Of a DNA stretch of 64,000 bases, positions 61,653-64,000 are shown in pieces. Each line of letters begins with the position of its first letter. Position 1 is the stretch's first letter. The DNA comes from Tubiluchus corallicola (lineage: Eukaryota; Animalia; Priapulida): contig JAQGDQ010000030.1 of assembly GCA_030141605.1 (NCBI GenBank), forward strand, positions 62,001 to 126,000. The letters are read 5' to 3'. The translations under genes and the position numbers were made by a program. The notes under the pieces were generated by a model. It saw only the letters and a list, made by a program, of their open reading frames with translations. It did no database searches and was not told where the DNA came from.

Positions 61653-62287
61653 AGGAAAACCGGACTCAGTCTTAAACTGTAGGTGAAAACAATCTATTCC
61701 TTAAAATATTGAAAGAGAACATACTATTTTTCCAACAATGACATACGTGAAAGAATTATTACCACACAAGCGAAGTTTCGAGTTCACGCCACTAGTTCTT
61801 CGCTGTTCTCCATTAGTTCTATGCATTTCGCCATTCTCTAGTTAGACCATTCAATAGCACCTGCATTTCGGAAACGCATTGCACAAAAAACAAGTGTTGT
61901 ACCTCTCAGTTCAGAGGTGTTTGTTTGTGATGTACTGCACATGTTAGACAGCTCATGCGTTAGCACAGTGGTAAATTTGAAATTCGAATGTTTATTTTAA
62001 AACTTCCTGAGTTTTAGTACAACACACTGAATATCTTACAGCAGTACTGTACCTCAATTTTTGCTTTCACAAACACGTGCAACCTGCTCATGGAATGTTT
62101 GTGCTGTTGAAAATTATGTTCGTTTGTGATGTCATCAATAGTTGGGTGCATCGCCGTTAATTAAGATTTTAATTTATTCTATTATTTAACCATCAGAAAA
62201 GTTTTTCCGGTATTATTGGTGTTAAAATGTATACTTTTTACCGTACTTGAAAAGGAGGTAGGATATGAAAAAGTGTCGTGTCTTCCT
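61653..62287. mobile_element. Kolobok-like non-autonomous DNA transposon, about 635 bp
   Basis: TTAA|AGGAAAAC at 61649-61660 and GTCTTCCT|TTAA at 62280-62291 give a TTAA target duplication with short purine-initiated (AGG) TIRs. A second diverged copy lies at about 50099-50523. Confidence 0.7.
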
Positions 62288-64000
62288 TTAAGTACATCAA
62301 CAATTAAATGCAGGCAAACACTCGTTAAAGTAATTTGTCAAACACGGTAAAAATGTATTAACACGTTACTGAGGTAACCGCTGTCAAGGACCTGAAGGAG
62401 GAGTCAAAGTGACTGGCAAGCAAGAGTCAAAGACACAAACCACCCAAATTCCAGAATGTTTAATTCACGCAAAATTGGCAAAGTTCGAAAATCCATTAAC
62501 ACTACAGTAGCTCTTTGTTGCAAAAAAGACAATAACTCCTTGTGCAGCAATGCTAAATCCCATACCTGTTCCCCTAGGAAAATCCAGAACCACTCAGAAA
62601 GATAAGTAGATAATTACACGCTTGATAAACATCTGTAACAGGCTGATTTTCTGCAATTTTGCAAACGTTTGCTGAAACACTGAGAATTTTGTCTGGGCAC
62701 TTAAGTTCTGCTTTTATAACAAATAAGGGCAAATTAAGACTCGGCCACTGTTAAAGTTGATTCTCGCCACACAGCAAATGATGCACTTCAACTAATAAAG
62801 AGACATATAGCATAAGAAAAGCTAATTATGGCATTGATGGAAAAATCATGGTGAAGAACAATGTATCCAGCAACACAACAGAAAACAGTTATAATGCTTG
62901 AAGTTTTACATTACTTAATGGTGATCGTATTAATCAAAGATGATTTGCTACTTATTTGCAAATAACTAGTTTAAAACAGACCCAGATTATTTTAATACCA
63001 GATTATTTATTTAACTTATATTATTTTCCATAATCAGTTTCATTGCAGTCGTGTAAAAAATTCTAATATGGTACTATGATAGTCTTGAGCAAATTTGTAT
63101 TTATAAAAATTGTTTTAGTATAATGAATTTTATATTTTATAAAAACCAGTCAATTTTAGAGACAGATGAAGATGACCAATGACGAGATCAGAAGGTCCTG
63201 GAAAGTTTAACAAATTTGAAAATGCCTGATTTTACAAGTCAACTAAAGCTTAATTAATTTTCAAAGAAATTTGTGGGATCACTCCTTTAAAATCATCATC
63301 ATAAGTCAAGCACTGTCCTACTGATGCAAGCTAATTAGCATGGCATTTGAATTAGTGTGCTGATCCAATCTATTTCAAGCAATGCGCAACAACCAGCATA
63401 ATTACACAGCAACATGATGACGAGGAAAATAAATTTGATTGCAATTATGCAAGGCAGCATCACAAACTAGGTTAGGTCGTCAACCCATCATTAATTGCCA
63501 CTCGAGTTGACATTCTTACAACAACAACTACTCATTAATATAACAGCTACCGCTAAGATACACGCATGCAGGTCGACTTTTTTGTTCAATGCAAGCCTCT
63601 GTTAATGAAATCTATGTGAAGCAGCATGCTCAACTAATACAAATTCACTACACCTATTACATCATAGTAAAGCATAGACCAATAGGAAAAATCATTTTAG
63701 TGTTCTAGAATTAACCAATCAAAACATGCTTTGAGCTGTTATACCGCAGTTTAGAAGAACCCTAGCAGAACATCATGCAAGTCTTGTATCACTGTCATTA
63801 TAGTGTTATACAGCAATATTGTATCTTGCATTTTAGCCAATCAAAAGGTACGGGAATTTTTTCTAATATTGGGCAAAAATGCAGTCTATATGGACAACTG
63901 GTCTACCAAATTATTTTAATACAAATGATGCACAATACCTTTATTACACTGATATTTAACAAACAAAATCATTGTTCACAATGACAAGTTAGCAATATGT

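Noticed and set aside
63481-63490. ATGG|GTTGAC on the - strand as the possible RAP1GDS1 first exon
   Set aside because: Weak donor and no promoter-like context. The true ATGG exon more likely lies beyond the window.
1-64000. CRISPR arrays, rRNA, tRNA, snoRNA or prokaryotic operons
   Set aside because: The sequence is a spliced eukaryotic locus with no regularly spaced repeat-spacer array. Isolated ATGATGA/CTGA motifs lack terminal stems or guide evidence.

Overview
AT-rich, intron-rich animal (probably invertebrate) genomic DNA; the ORF track is mostly exon fragments and noise. I reconstructed three spliced protein-coding genes by hand from GT-AG boundaries and frame continuity. (1) IFT172 on +: 35 exons at 406-29020, 5' part outside the window, about 1617 aa in view. 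(2) SF1/BBP on +: 11 exons at 32764-43327, 681 aa. (3) RAP1GDS1/SmgGDS on -: 14 exons at 61471-44029, start exon not found, convergent with SF1. Introns and the intergenic region carry many transposon relics: a near full-length dead Rex1/Babar LINE, two TA-flanked Tc1/pogo-type non-autonomous elements, a mariner transposase 3' fragment, two Kolobok-like copies, several MITE/foldback elements, and an inverted pair of degenerate Penelope-type minimal hammerhead ribozymes. The most interesting signal is a cluster of features in SF1 that looks like an AS-NMD autoregulatory module. It includes a GC-rich hairpin that starts at and sequesters the exon-3 donor, a hairpin over the exon-3 branch region, and a 10-nt candidate poison microexon built from a duplicated acceptor. 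All family assignments are from motif recognition, not database searches.
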